Positions 1-9,279 of a stretch of DNA of 64,000 bases are shown here, piece by piece (within the stretch, counting starts at the first letter, position 1; every line of letters begins with the position of its first letter). The notes under the pieces are model-generated. The model did not search any database and was not told the DNA's origin. It saw only the letters and a list, made by a program, of their open reading frames with translations. A program made the translations under genes and the position numbers. This DNA is from Candidatus Micrarchaeia archaeon (lineage in GTDB: Archaea > Micrarchaeota > Micrarchaeia > Burarchaeales > JAVZCV01): contig JAVZCV010000002.1 of NCBI GenBank assembly GCA_038874215.1, positions 32,001 to 96,000 on the forward strand, written 5' to 3'.

Positions 1-647
1 TGATAACGGTAGGAGGAGATGGAACCGTGCTGTTTGAAAAGAACAGGACAGAAAAACCAATATTCGCAGTCGGAAGCGAAATAAGCTATCTCTGCCAAGC
101 ATCCGAAAAAAATTGGGAGCAGATACTAAGCGACATAATAAACAAGGGATACATACTGGAAGAGAGGGATATGCTTCTCTCCTCGTTAAATTCCAGAGTT
201 CTTCCACCCGCCCTGAACGAGGTTACCGTAAGGAACAAGGAACATAGGATACTGCGGCTTGAGCTGAATGTTATGGGATCAATATACACATTTAAGGCAG
301 ATGGGGTAATATTCGCAACCCCGACTGGCTCAACAGCCTACTCGTACTCATGCGGCGGCCCAGAGCTTGATCCGCATGCAGACAAGTATGTTCTCGCCCC
401 CATTGCGGCTTACAGGCGTGCCTTCCTACCCCTCATCGTGCCGATCAATGAGAAATCCCTGCTAAAAGTTTCAACAACATGCGAAGCAGACGTAGTTATT
501 GATGGCCAGATTGTTTTTCCTTTAAGCGAGAACAACTCCATAGAGGTATGGAAAAGCGAGAGAAAGCAGGCATTCATCATACCAAAGACAGAGAAACTGC
601 TTCGCACGTTCCCTCTCTCAAATTTTATGAGAAAGCATTACGACTAG
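1..647 (+). CDS. nadK: NAD(+) kinase, 5'-truncated by the window edge
   Basis: In-frame ITVGGDGTVL from position 3, plus ALNEV and ADGVIFATPTGSTAYSYSCGGP motifs. Confidence 0.9.
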   Translation, partial: ITVGGDGTVLFEKNRTEKPIFAVGSEISYLCQASEKNWEQILSDIINKGYILEERDMLLSSLNSRVLPPALNEVTVRNKEHRILRLELNVMGSIYTFKADGVIFATPTGSTAYSYSCGGPELDPHADKYVLAPIAAYRRAFLPLIVPINEKSLLKVSTTCEADVVIDGQIVFPLSENNSIEVWKSERKQAFIIPKTEKLLRTFPLSNFMRKHYD

Positions 648-1442
648 GCCAAAAAGCCCGTAGGAGAGAAGGTTGTTTAGCAGCATGTGGAGTGCGCTCA
701 TTAAGTCCAATGGCAATCCCTCAACACAGAAAACAACGGTGTTAATTGCGAATATGAGTGCACCCAGCAAGCATGAGACAAAAACAAATCCATACTGTAT
801 TTTAACTTTGAAAAGATCGCACGCAAACGGAAGCGCAGAAGCAACTGAAAAACCGAAGAGTGCATTTATCGCTATGAAATGAAAGTTTTCAAAGAGCCAC
901 GCTGTGCCCTGAAAAGTCGGCAACGTACCGCGAAGTAGCGCCACATAGGTAGGCGAGCTTATCCACGAGATGCCAACAGAGAGGATGGGCAGAGATACCA
1001 AGCCTATAAACGCCTTTCCCCTAAGCTTGCTATCAAAACTTAGGATAAGACCCAAATAAACCACGAAAAAGAAAACAAGGTTATTTAGATAATGCACAAG
1101 TGCTCGGCTTAGTAGTGCAGTTGTTATAATCACATCTTGGGTGGCTATTGGAGACGAGATGGCAGTCAAAGTAAAGAGGGCGGTGGAGTGGATGACTGCG
1201 AAAGAAGCAGCCTCTTCTCGCCTGACCTTTCTCGCGAGAATGTAATACGACCCGATTACCAGAACTGGTTTAAAAACTTCCGCAACTTCCTTAACGTAGC
1301 CTGTCCCAGTTCCGCTGATGACTTCATATCCAAGTAGCGTGGCAATCGCAAAGACAACATATATGAAAGATGTAGCAGCGATAAATGCCCCTATCTGCCC
1401 CCTGTTTATCTCAAACTCCGCCTTCTTAAACCATTTATGCAT
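618..1442 (-). CDS. Hypothetical multi-pass membrane protein
   Basis: 274-aa ORF with many hydrophobic segments and no recognised motif. Confidence 0.65.
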   Translation of the reverse strand: MHKWFKKAEFEINRGQIGAFIAATSFIYVVFAIATLLGYEVISGTGTGYVKEVAEVFKPVLVIGSYYILARKVRREEAASFAVIHSTALFTLTAISSPIATQDVIITTALLSRALVHYLNNLVFFFVVYLGLILSFDSKLRGKAFIGLVSLPILSVGISWISSPTYVALLRGTLPTFQGTAWLFENFHFIAINALFGFSVASALPFACDLFKVKIQYGFVFVSCLLGALIFAINTVVFCVEGLPLDLMSALHMLLNNLLSYGLFGLVVMLSHKI

Positions 1443-1467
1443 GTGCGTATATCGCAGTTCCTAAATT

Positions 1468-2103
1468 TTAATATTTCCCTTCCTCTATCTTAGCGATAAC
1501 CTCCGCAACCTCCTCTATTCTCCTTATGTTCGCATCCCCTTTAACAGCATCGCCCAATATTATCGTAAAAACGCCAGCTGCCCTGCCCGCTTCCAAATCA
1601 ACCCCATTATCCCCAACATAAACAGCACTTTCCTTATCCACGTTAAGGGCTTTGAGCGCCTTTAGTATCGGCTCTGGGTGGGGTTTTATGTTATCGCAGT
1701 CCGCACTCGTTATGACCACGTCAAACTTAATCCCAAAGTGCCTGAGAACAGCCGGCGTGGACCTACCCCTGTTCGTGACAAGGCCCAACCGATACCTCTT
1801 GCCAAGACGCTCAAGCAGTCCAGGAACCCCTCCCCCTATCTTCATATCCCCAATCGTTTCTATTGATATGCGAGATGTTTCCAGGCTCATTTGTCTTATG
1901 AGTCCCTCACTTCTTTTTTCTTTCGGTAGCAACTCCCTTATGATGTTTCTGCTTCCAGATGCCCAAAGCCTTTCTATATCCTTTCTGGGAGGCTTTTCAA
2001 ACCCAAACATCGTGAAAACCTGCTGGAATACCTTAACAACATGCTCCTTGGAATCTACAATTACGCCATCAAGATCAAATAAAATAGCCTTTATCCTTTG
2101 CAC
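1468..2103 (-). CDS. HAD-family hydrolase (phosphoglycolate phosphatase-like)
   Basis: FDLDG, KPHPEP and YVGDN..DL motifs; start moved to the GTG just after the upstream stop. Confidence 0.88.
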   Translation of the reverse strand: MQRIKAILFDLDGVIVDSKEHVVKVFQQVFTMFGFEKPPRKDIERLWASGSRNIIRELLPKEKRSEGLIRQMSLETSRISIETIGDMKIGGGVPGLLERLGKRYRLGLVTNRGRSTPAVLRHFGIKFDVVITSADCDNIKPHPEPILKALKALNVDKESAVYVGDNGVDLEAGRAAGVFTIILGDAVKGDANIRRIEEVAEVIAKIEEGKY

Positions 2104-2110
2104 TCTCTCA

Positions 2111-2662
2111 TCACTCCCTGCCAAAAACACAATACCAAAGACAATGGCACAAGGATAGCAGCACAAGGTATTTTATAAATGTATGCGCTGAAGTCCACCC
2201 CGCGCCGTACCCAACAATCATCCACTGCCAGCCAAGTATATACTCCACCAACGTAAGCAAAAAGCCCACCATCACGACTTCAATAATGCTATGCCCCCAA
2301 TCAAATTTCCTTGGTATGTAGAGAGCCCATGCCACGCTGCAGAAGAAGTAGACAGCCACGAGTTCAGCAGGTATCCCGAAAAACAAAAAAGAGCCTCCAT
2401 AGAGACTCCAAAGCTTCAACCATCGCGCCATCTCCTCCATCGCAAAGAGAATACACGAAACAACAAAACCAAAAACAAGCGCATTCAGGACAATTCTATT
2501 CCTCAGATTTCTATATGCTTCTACGAGAAACCACGTACCCGAGGAAGCGAGCATTGTCGTCCATACCCATCTTTGCGACGGAAAATTCGCAAATGCAAAA
2601 ACTGCGCAGAAACCGGAAAGCACCGCTACGATCCACATAAGATGGTGCCATTTGCCAGCCAT
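2111..2662 (-). CDS. Hypothetical membrane protein
   Basis: Hydrophobic 183-aa ORF packed between taw1 and the HAD gene. Confidence 0.65.
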   Translation of the reverse strand: MAGKWHHLMWIVAVLSGFCAVFAFANFPSQRWVWTTMLASSGTWFLVEAYRNLRNRIVLNALVFGFVVSCILFAMEEMARWLKLWSLYGGSFLFFGIPAELVAVYFFCSVAWALYIPRKFDWGHSIIEVVMVGFLLTLVEYILGWQWMIVGYGAGWTSAHTFIKYLVLLSLCHCLWYCVFGRE

Positions 2663-2665
2663 GCT

Positions 2666-3622
2666 CTAACTATCCGCTCTTATATTTAAAATTCTCCCCC
2701 TATCACTTTTTTTATCCCTGCATAAAAGAACAACCCTGCTTGGCTCATATTCCGCAGATACGATATAGCCACACACCTCTGCAAGTTCTTTGGCGAAAGC
2801 TCTTATCTCGTCATGTGTTGGCATATTGTTGAGGCTGAGCCCCCTACGCGGGTCCCGAGCCCCGCCAACATACACGAAGCTCTTAACCTCAACATATTCT
2901 GGCAGTGCTTTCTCAATGAGCTTTGCGTAACCTGCGGCATCAAGCATGTTATGCCCTTTTACAAGCGTCATTCTCAGAACGCGGCGCGTTGGCATGCTGT
3001 TTAAAATCTCCAAAGTTTCGTTGAAATTCACCCATGCTCTCTGGTACTTAGGGGCGCAAATACGGCGATACACCTCCTCGTTTGGTGCGTTGAGGGAAAC
3101 ATAAAACTGGGTAGGCAGCCTTTCAAGTTCTGCAATTTGTTTGGGAAGCGTTCCGTTCGTAACCAAAAATGTTGTCATCCCCCTCCTCCAGAACTCCTCA
3201 ATCAATTCAGACATATGTGGGTAAAACATTACCTCCCCAGTAAGGCTTATTGCGGCATGCTTCGGGTTTTTAGCTTCCTCCCACATCCCTTTGCTAACCC
3301 TCTTATTCCCCCCATAACCCGATACTATCCTAAGATGTTCTGCAATAATCCATTCAACAACATCAGCAGCTTCATCCCATTTAGCAGGGAGGTTCTCTTT
3401 TTCATCGGGCATAATCCGCCAGCAGAATATGCAACCCATGTTGCAGTATGTTGCAACAGGGGTGCACTGGATACATCGGTGGCTTTCTATCCCGTAAAAA
3501 GCATTCTTGTAGCACTTTTTCCCTTTGACAAGGGCATCGTGGAGCCATTTGCATCCCTTTACTGCGCTATGCCCGCCTGCGAAATGGTACTCTTGGTTTT
3601 TCATCCTCTCCATCAAACCCAT
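2666..3622 (-). CDS. taw1: 4-demethylwyosine synthase (radical SAM, TYW1/Taw1)
   Basis: HSAVKGCKW, CYK..FYGIESHRCIQCTP, CNMGCIFCWR and HAAISLTGE motifs; start could be ATG 3622, 3613 or 3604. Confidence 0.93.
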   Translation of the reverse strand: MGLMERMKNQEYHFAGGHSAVKGCKWLHDALVKGKKCYKNAFYGIESHRCIQCTPVATYCNMGCIFCWRIMPDEKENLPAKWDEAADVVEWIIAEHLRIVSGYGGNKRVSKGMWEEAKNPKHAAISLTGEVMFYPHMSELIEEFWRRGMTTFLVTNGTLPKQIAELERLPTQFYVSLNAPNEEVYRRICAPKYQRAWVNFNETLEILNSMPTRRVLRMTLVKGHNMLDAAGYAKLIEKALPEYVEVKSFVYVGGARDPRRGLSLNNMPTHDEIRAFAKELAEVCGYIVSAEYEPSRVVLLCRDKKSDRGRILNIRADS

Positions 3623-3655
3623 GCGTTTTTTATTTTTCACATCATATTTATAGGC

Positions 3656-4813
3656 ATGGCGGTCCAGCTTGAGGTTCATGGGAAAAAAATAATCGTGCGC
3701 GATCCCGCTTCTGTCTCTTCACTTCAAAAGGGTTTCTATGGTGTGATGCACAAAGGCGTAATCACCCTCTTCCCCGAGGAAGCCCTTTATCTCATAGATA
3801 TAAGGAATGCAAAATGCTACGATAAAAATGGGAACGCGCTAAAATTCAACGATGTTGCCCAAATTTTCAAAAAGAAGAAACTACTCGCCCGCTACTTCAC
3901 CTATAAAGATTGGCGCGACAGAGGGCTCATAGTTCGTCCTGTTGAAGAGGCTACGGGTAACTACGGGAGGAATCCTGTCAAAAAATATCCCATGCGCGAG
4001 TTTGAACCTCCAAAATACTCTGTTGATGGGGTCTTCTTCCCAGATGATCTTTTTACAATAATAGATGACGAAGTTGTCGGCAGAGAGCTGTATGAGAACT
4101 ACTGGCTTGGCCAGTTTGCCTCATACAAAGCAGAACAAAGGGGCAGAGTAGCGAAACTTGACGCCTACGAGACTCTTTTCATGCTGAGGCACTGCAACCT
4201 CTCCCTCCATAACTCTGATGAGGAGAAGGTTATCAAGAACGCTACAAAAAGAAGAAGCGATTTCATGCTGATGTACGAGGTTTATGAGGATTGGAGGCTT
4301 CGTGGCTATATACTAAAAACTGGTTTCAAGTTTGGCACGCACTTCAGGCTCTATATGCCAGGCGCATCACCAGTTAAAAAAGGCGACGAATGGATACACA
4401 GCAAGCATGTAATCCACATATTCCCGCGTTCCAAAAAAATGATAATCTCTGAATGGGCGAGAGCAATACGGGTTGCACACAGCGTAAAGAAGACTTTTAT
4501 ACTTGCGATACCAGGCGCGAAGAAGAAGCACAGTTTGAAGAAACCCGATTTTCTTCTTTATCATCGCCACAAAACAGGCATAGAGACCCCAGATACAGGA
4601 AAGCCGAAGTTTCTCATGCTATCCCTAAGCGAAGAGGAGTACATAGGGGGTGAAGAACTCGCAGATGCTATAGAAATCGCAAAGAGCTTTGGGCTTGACC
4701 TAATGCTCGCAATAGCGGATAGGGAAAGCTCTGTTACTTACTATCGTGTAAGAAGGATAGAGTTGCAGGGCAGCAAATACGAATATTACGAGATAGAATG
4801 GGAGCAACCATAA
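3656..4813 (+). CDS. endA: tRNA-intron endonuclease, ~385 aa, three-unit (epsilon2/ARMAN-like) type
   Basis: EEALYL and YKDWRDRG unit; second unit VYEDWRLRGYILKTGFKFGTHFRLY...HSKH...RVAHSVKK; C-terminal PDF...SVTYY unit; ATG at 3656. Confidence 0.92.
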   Translation: MAVQLEVHGKKIIVRDPASVSSLQKGFYGVMHKGVITLFPEEALYLIDIRNAKCYDKNGNALKFNDVAQIFKKKKLLARYFTYKDWRDRGLIVRPVEEATGNYGRNPVKKYPMREFEPPKYSVDGVFFPDDLFTIIDDEVVGRELYENYWLGQFASYKAEQRGRVAKLDAYETLFMLRHCNLSLHNSDEEKVIKNATKRRSDFMLMYEVYEDWRLRGYILKTGFKFGTHFRLYMPGASPVKKGDEWIHSKHVIHIFPRSKKMIISEWARAIRVAHSVKKTFILAIPGAKKKHSLKKPDFLLYHRHKTGIETPDTGKPKFLMLSLSEEEYIGGEELADAIEIAKSFGLDLMLAIADRESSVTYYRVRRIELQGSKYEYYEIEWEQP

Positions 4814-4867
4814 TCTGCGAAAGGTATTTAAACACCATATAGCCAATTTAGATAAAAGGTGGTGCTA

Positions 4868-5122
4868 ATGTCAAAATACATGATTGCAAAGCAGGTTGCA
4901 GGCAAGCGCTTAATAACAAATGATGGTGAAGAGTTGGGAAGGCTAGTGGATATAAACGTAAACGAAGTGACTGGAAAGATTGAATCCCTCGTAATTGAGC
5001 CAAACCTTGACAATAAAACAGCAAGAAAAATGGGGAAGCAGGATGGCATGATAGTTCTTCCTTACAAATCCGTTTTGGCTATTTCTGATCACATAATCGT
5101 CCAGAAGAAGGACCTGCTCTGA
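4868..5122 (+). CDS. PRC-barrel domain protein
   Basis: GKRLITNDGEELGRLVDI...TGKIESLVI...LPYKSVLAISDHIIV is a typical PRC barrel. Confidence 0.88.
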   Translation: MSKYMIAKQVAGKRLITNDGEELGRLVDINVNEVTGKIESLVIEPNLDNKTARKMGKQDGMIVLPYKSVLAISDHIIVQKKDLL

Positions 5123-5176
5123 TTTCCCCCTTTTATTTATAATTTATATTTTGTTACTGGAAAGAAGTTATAAGCG

Positions 5177-5833
5177 GTGGTAGGTCTGTCAGCAAAATTG
5201 ATAGCTGGCGTGGATGAGGCGGGAAGGGGTGCAGTCATCGGCCCGCTCGTTATATGCGTCGCAGCAATAGACAAGGGAAAAGAGAACAGTCTCAGAGGGC
5301 TTGGCGTAAAAGATTCAAAAATGCTCGGAAAGGAAAGGCGTTCTGTTCTATACGAACAGATACTCAAAATTTGTAGGGTTCGGGTGATAAAAATCAGCGC
5401 AAAGGAGCTCAACCTTCTTATGGAGAAACACACGCTCAACGAAATAGAGGCAATGGCATGCGCACCAGCAATCGCTTCATTCAATCCAGATATAGCATAT
5501 GTTGATTCGCCCGACCCGCAACCAAAAAAATTTGAGTTAAGGTTAAAGAAGTTCGGCGTATCATGCAACCTTGTCTGTGAAAATGGCGCCGACGCAAAAT
5601 ACCCTATCGTTTCTGCCGCCTCAATAGTGGCGAAGGTTGAGAGAGATGCTGAAATAGACCAAATAAAGAAAATCCTTGGCTTTGATTTCAACAGCGGCTA
5701 TCCTTCCGATGAAAAAACGCGCAAGTTCTTGGAAAACAAAAAAATTGAGGGAAAACTGCTTGACTATGTTCGCCTAAAATGGAGGACTCTCAAAAAAATT
5801 CGGCAGAAAAAAATAAGCGATTTCTTTTCATGA
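5177..5833 (+). CDS. rnhB: Ribonuclease HII
   Basis: GVDEAGRGAVIGPL, VKDSK, VSAASIVAKV and SGYPSD motifs. Confidence 0.96.
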   Translation: MVGLSAKLIAGVDEAGRGAVIGPLVICVAAIDKGKENSLRGLGVKDSKMLGKERRSVLYEQILKICRVRVIKISAKELNLLMEKHTLNEIEAMACAPAIASFNPDIAYVDSPDPQPKKFELRLKKFGVSCNLVCENGADAKYPIVSAASIVAKVERDAEIDQIKKILGFDFNSGYPSDEKTRKFLENKKIEGKLLDYVRLKWRTLKKIRQKKISDFFS

Positions 5834-6718
5834 GCCCATTATGAAAATGAGGACAGCCGGGATTGTCAAGAGGCTCAAAAGCGTTGAAACGAAAACTATG
5901 GACGCAACGAGCTCTTCCCTTCTTCTGTACTTTGCCGCAAGCAGGAAATTGGTGACAGCAGACGGCATCGCAGACTGCAGTACGAGGACACCCATATAAA
6001 TTCCACTGATTCCTGCGAAACTGCAAAGCACGAATGCAACAACAGGCCCGATTATAAGCCTAACAAAAGCGTTGAGGCAGGGCAGTTTTATCTTCCTCGC
6101 ATCTGGCTTTATCCTTGAAAGCTGAACTCCAAGCATGATTAGCTGTACGGGCAATGCGGATTTGCCCAGCAGTTCAACCACCCCGAAAATCGGGGCGGGC
6201 AGCTTTATCGACAGCGCAGAGAGCGCAATACCAGCAGCCACAAAATACACCAAAGGAAGTTTCAGGAACTCAAGCATCCTGCTTCCGCTTGCTATATAAA
6301 CGCCAGCAGTGTACATTATTATTGTATTTACAACCATGTAGTAAGCACCAAGCGAAAGACCCTCATTCCCAAAAGCGAAAAGACAGAAGGACAGGCCCAT
6401 GTTACCCGTGTTTATAAGCATTGATGTCATCAGCACAATCCTTGCGTCTTCATCACTGAATCCGAAAAGACGCGTCCCCAAGAATCCTATAACCCCCGAG
6501 ATTATCATAACTGCGAGAGAAACAACCACAAAACCAACGAGTTCTGGCCCGAGCTGCCCTATGCCAAGCGAATATAACATGAGAAAAGGCGACAGTACAT
6601 AAATGGTCATGTCTGCGAGCGAGCCAACATCTATTTTCCTGTATTTGCCGAGGCAGTATCCAAGCCCCATTATGAAGAATGCTGGGAAAGATACACCCAA
6701 TACCCTTACTATGTCCAT
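5828..6718 (-). CDS. AEC (auxin efflux carrier) family transporter
   Basis: NTGNMG and QSAMPSAV motifs; about 10 TM segments. Confidence 0.88.
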   Translation of the reverse strand: MDIVRVLGVSFPAFFIMGLGYCLGKYRKIDVGSLADMTIYVLSPFLMLYSLGIGQLGPELVGFVVVSLAVMIISGVIGFLGTRLFGFSDEDARIVLMTSMLINTGNMGLSFCLFAFGNEGLSLGAYYMVVNTIIMYTAGVYIASGSRMLEFLKLPLVYFVAAGIALSALSIKLPAPIFGVVELLGKSALPVQLIMLGVQLSRIKPDARKIKLPCLNAFVRLIIGPVVAFVLCSFAGISGIYMGVLVLQSAMPSAVTNFLLAAKYRRREELVASIVFVSTLLSLLTIPAVLIFIMGS

Positions 6719-8025
6719 AGCCCAAACGCCCCCAGTGCTTCATCCAGTCTTCTCATAAAAGCCTCAAGATTTTCTTTCTTTACGCTTGCACCAGCCGCCA
6801 TTTTATGCCCCCCACCGTTTCCAATTCCCTCGCATGCCTCAACCATGATCCTACCTAAATTAACACCCCTTTTGACTACTTCGCTGGATGCACGTGCAGA
6901 GACCTTAACGTTCCCCTCATCATCGTAAGCAAGGCCTATGACAGGTTTATCCTGCTTATACATCATGCCTGCAATGACACCGATTATTCCGTCCTCTATC
7001 TTGCCCCTGCCATCTATGATGTAGTACGCATCCCTTTCTTCGGTTGAAGATACGGCGAATTCTATTCCCTCCCTTAATTTTTTCCTGTAAATTCTCAGTA
7101 TAGCCCTCGCCTCATTCCGTGCCTTTTCGTCACCCATACAAAGCCGTATGCCTATCTCTGGCTTTTTGTTTCTGCCGCAGGCGTTTAGGAGCGTTGAAAA
7201 CTCATTCGCATCCCTCGTTTCCTCAGGCTCGTTCGGGAATTCGTAGACCTCCCCAACGAGTTCTCTCGCCTTCTCATCAAGACCGTGTGCGTACAGGTGT
7301 TTTACGAGTGCGGTTACAAAGCGAACCTTCTCATCCATGCTCAAATCCACATACCGCCTCCACTTTTCCCTCTTCTGCTCAATTCCAAGCATTTCAATGA
7401 AATCCCTGCATGCTTCAACATCCTCAGTCAGCCCAGGAAAATAATGGGAAGTTGAGTAGCACAAAAGCTCTGCTAAGGGCCTGTTGAATCGCCCGTAGAG
7501 CGTTAAATCCCTCTTTATTTCTATGAGCCCTGCCCTTTGCCCTTCCTCAAGTATTACCCTGTTCATTCCCCTTAGGGGATGTTGCATGTCCCCAACAGCA
7601 CCAACAACGGCGAGATGGGACATTTTGGCATCACCAAAAACACGATATGCGACCCCCGCTGCGCTCAACTCTTTGCCCCCATCTATCCCGAATTCATGCG
7701 GGTTTGCCTCAATGACGCCTATGCCATCGCCCTTCCTCTGATGATGGTCTATAACAACTATTCTCCTACCAGTTTTACCCAACAAATCCAAGACGCCGCT
7801 CCCCAAATCAACGAAAATAATCTCATCCTCAGATATCTCGCCCAATTCCTTCTCGCCAAGTTTTCTAACGGTCTTTACGCTGAATTCCTTGCCCATATCC
7901 CTAAGCCCAAGCAAAACTATCGCTGTTGAGGAGATGCCATCAGAATCGTAGTGGCCAACAACAAGCGGCCTCTCCATCTTTTCTATCTCCCGCCTGACAT
8001 TTTTGCATTTTTCCAGAAAATTCAT
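6709..8025 (-). CDS. RecJ-like DHH/DHHA1 phosphoesterase
   Basis: HYDSDG, DLGSG, IDHH, GAVGD, LNACGR and GGGH motifs. Confidence 0.9.
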   Translation of the reverse strand: MNFLEKCKNVRREIEKMERPLVVGHYDSDGISSTAIVLLGLRDMGKEFSVKTVRKLGEKELGEISEDEIIFVDLGSGVLDLLGKTGRRIVVIDHHQRKGDGIGVIEANPHEFGIDGGKELSAAGVAYRVFGDAKMSHLAVVGAVGDMQHPLRGMNRVILEEGQRAGLIEIKRDLTLYGRFNRPLAELLCYSTSHYFPGLTEDVEACRDFIEMLGIEQKREKWRRYVDLSMDEKVRFVTALVKHLYAHGLDEKARELVGEVYEFPNEPEETRDANEFSTLLNACGRNKKPEIGIRLCMGDEKARNEARAILRIYRKKLREGIEFAVSSTEERDAYYIIDGRGKIEDGIIGVIAGMMYKQDKPVIGLAYDDEGNVKVSARASSEVVKRGVNLGRIMVEACEGIGNGGGHKMAAGASVKKENLEAFMRRLDEALGAFGLWT

Positions 8026-8074
8026 GGGTAAATTTTGAAAACAAGTTTTTTATCCCTCCCCTCATTATATTCTC

Positions 8075-8695
8075 ATGCAAAAGAAACTCGCCACTTCTTT
8101 CCTGTTTCTCATCAACCTTCTCTATTCCTACTCCTGCGCTGTTGAACCAAAAGCGTCCTTTGCCCACGAAGGCGAAACAGCCACGTTCTCCATCTTCTAT
8201 GAAAACATGACAATTGGCGAGATCATAACTCTCGTATGCAGGCCAAACTACTTCGCTTCCTGCAACACAAAGAATGCGAGCGGGCAGTGCGAAGCAAATT
8301 ACCGCTACTTTCCACAGGGAAGATTCTTTATCTATGCATCATCGCCTTTCACTTCATGCAACGCCACACTATCTGTAGCCTCAAAAAGGGATTCTATCCC
8401 ACCGATCGTAGATATAACGAATATAAGAAACGGCGATACGGTGTCTGGCATTACGCCCATAAACGCTGCTGCATACGATCAATCTGGTGTAAAGCGGGTT
8501 GATATACTGATAAATGGCATTCTCGTTAAATCATGCCCTTCAGATTCATGTGTTTATCTATGGAATACTACGGGGCTTCCCCCGCGCAACTACACGATAT
8601 CGGCAGTTGCATACGATTCCCAAAACAACAGCGCTGCAACAACCACAGTAGTCCGTACTGCGGAAGTGAAGGGATGCAGATGCGGGGCCACATAG
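8075..8695 (+). CDS. Secreted protein with bacterial Ig-like domain
   Basis: Signal peptide; DSIPPIV..I..NGDTVSG...D.SGV.RV...WNT......YTISAVAYD..NN pattern. Confidence 0.75.
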   Translation: MQKKLATSFLFLINLLYSYSCAVEPKASFAHEGETATFSIFYENMTIGEIITLVCRPNYFASCNTKNASGQCEANYRYFPQGRFFIYASSPFTSCNATLSVASKRDSIPPIVDITNIRNGDTVSGITPINAAAYDQSGVKRVDILINGILVKSCPSDSCVYLWNTTGLPPRNYTISAVAYDSQNNSAATTTVVRTAEVKGCRCGAT

Positions 8696-8730
8696 CTACA
8701 TATATATAGGTCAAATGAATATACTTTCTT

Positions 8731-9279
8731 ATGAAGTTCTCACTCACTGAGACTGCTTTAATCGCCTTTTTCGCTTTTTTCATCATCTTTCTGGTGGTTG
8801 TTTTAACTTCAACCCCCCCAAAAAGCGTGGCCGCATACAAGCTCTACTCAATAAAACCCGACCTTGAATATACCTACATCGTTCTGTCAAAATCTAACTC
8901 ATCCCAAATTACCAAAATATCCCGCCACGTGCTGGGCGCAAGCGATGGCTACTGGATCATTGATACGAGTCTGGAGGGCGGTGAAAAAATTCGTACATGG
9001 GTAAGCAAAAGCACACTCGTCTGTGCGAAGGCAATCCTCATATTCGGAAGCAGGGAAAAGGAGGCAGTATGTCCTGAACCTTTTTATAACGAAGAACTGC
9101 TACACGGCGGCAGAGAAAAAATAAACTTCAGCATGGGCTCATTCGTAGCGGATGTGTACTCCTCAAAAGACGGCAAGCTTCGTTTCTGGCAGGTCCCAGA
9201 AATCCCTGTTCCAGTGAAAATAGACTTGGGAGAGAATATTCTTCTTCTTGAAAACTGTACACACCCCCCACATATTTAG
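8731..9279 (+). CDS. Hypothetical membrane-anchored protein
   Basis: N-terminal TM helix; ORF fills the gap between neighbours. Confidence 0.65.
   Translation: MKFSLTETALIAFFAFFIIFLVVVLTSTPPKSVAAYKLYSIKPDLEYTYIVLSKSNSSQITKISRHVLGASDGYWIIDTSLEGGEKIRTWVSKSTLVCAKAILIFGSREKEAVCPEPFYNEELLHGGREKINFSMGSFVADVYSSKDGKLRFWQVPEIPVPVKIDLGENILLLENCTHPPHI

Noticed and set aside
3137-3655. N-terminal 173 aa of the 558-aa ORF
   Set aside because: It is antisense to taw1; EndA-like sequence begins at ATG 3656.
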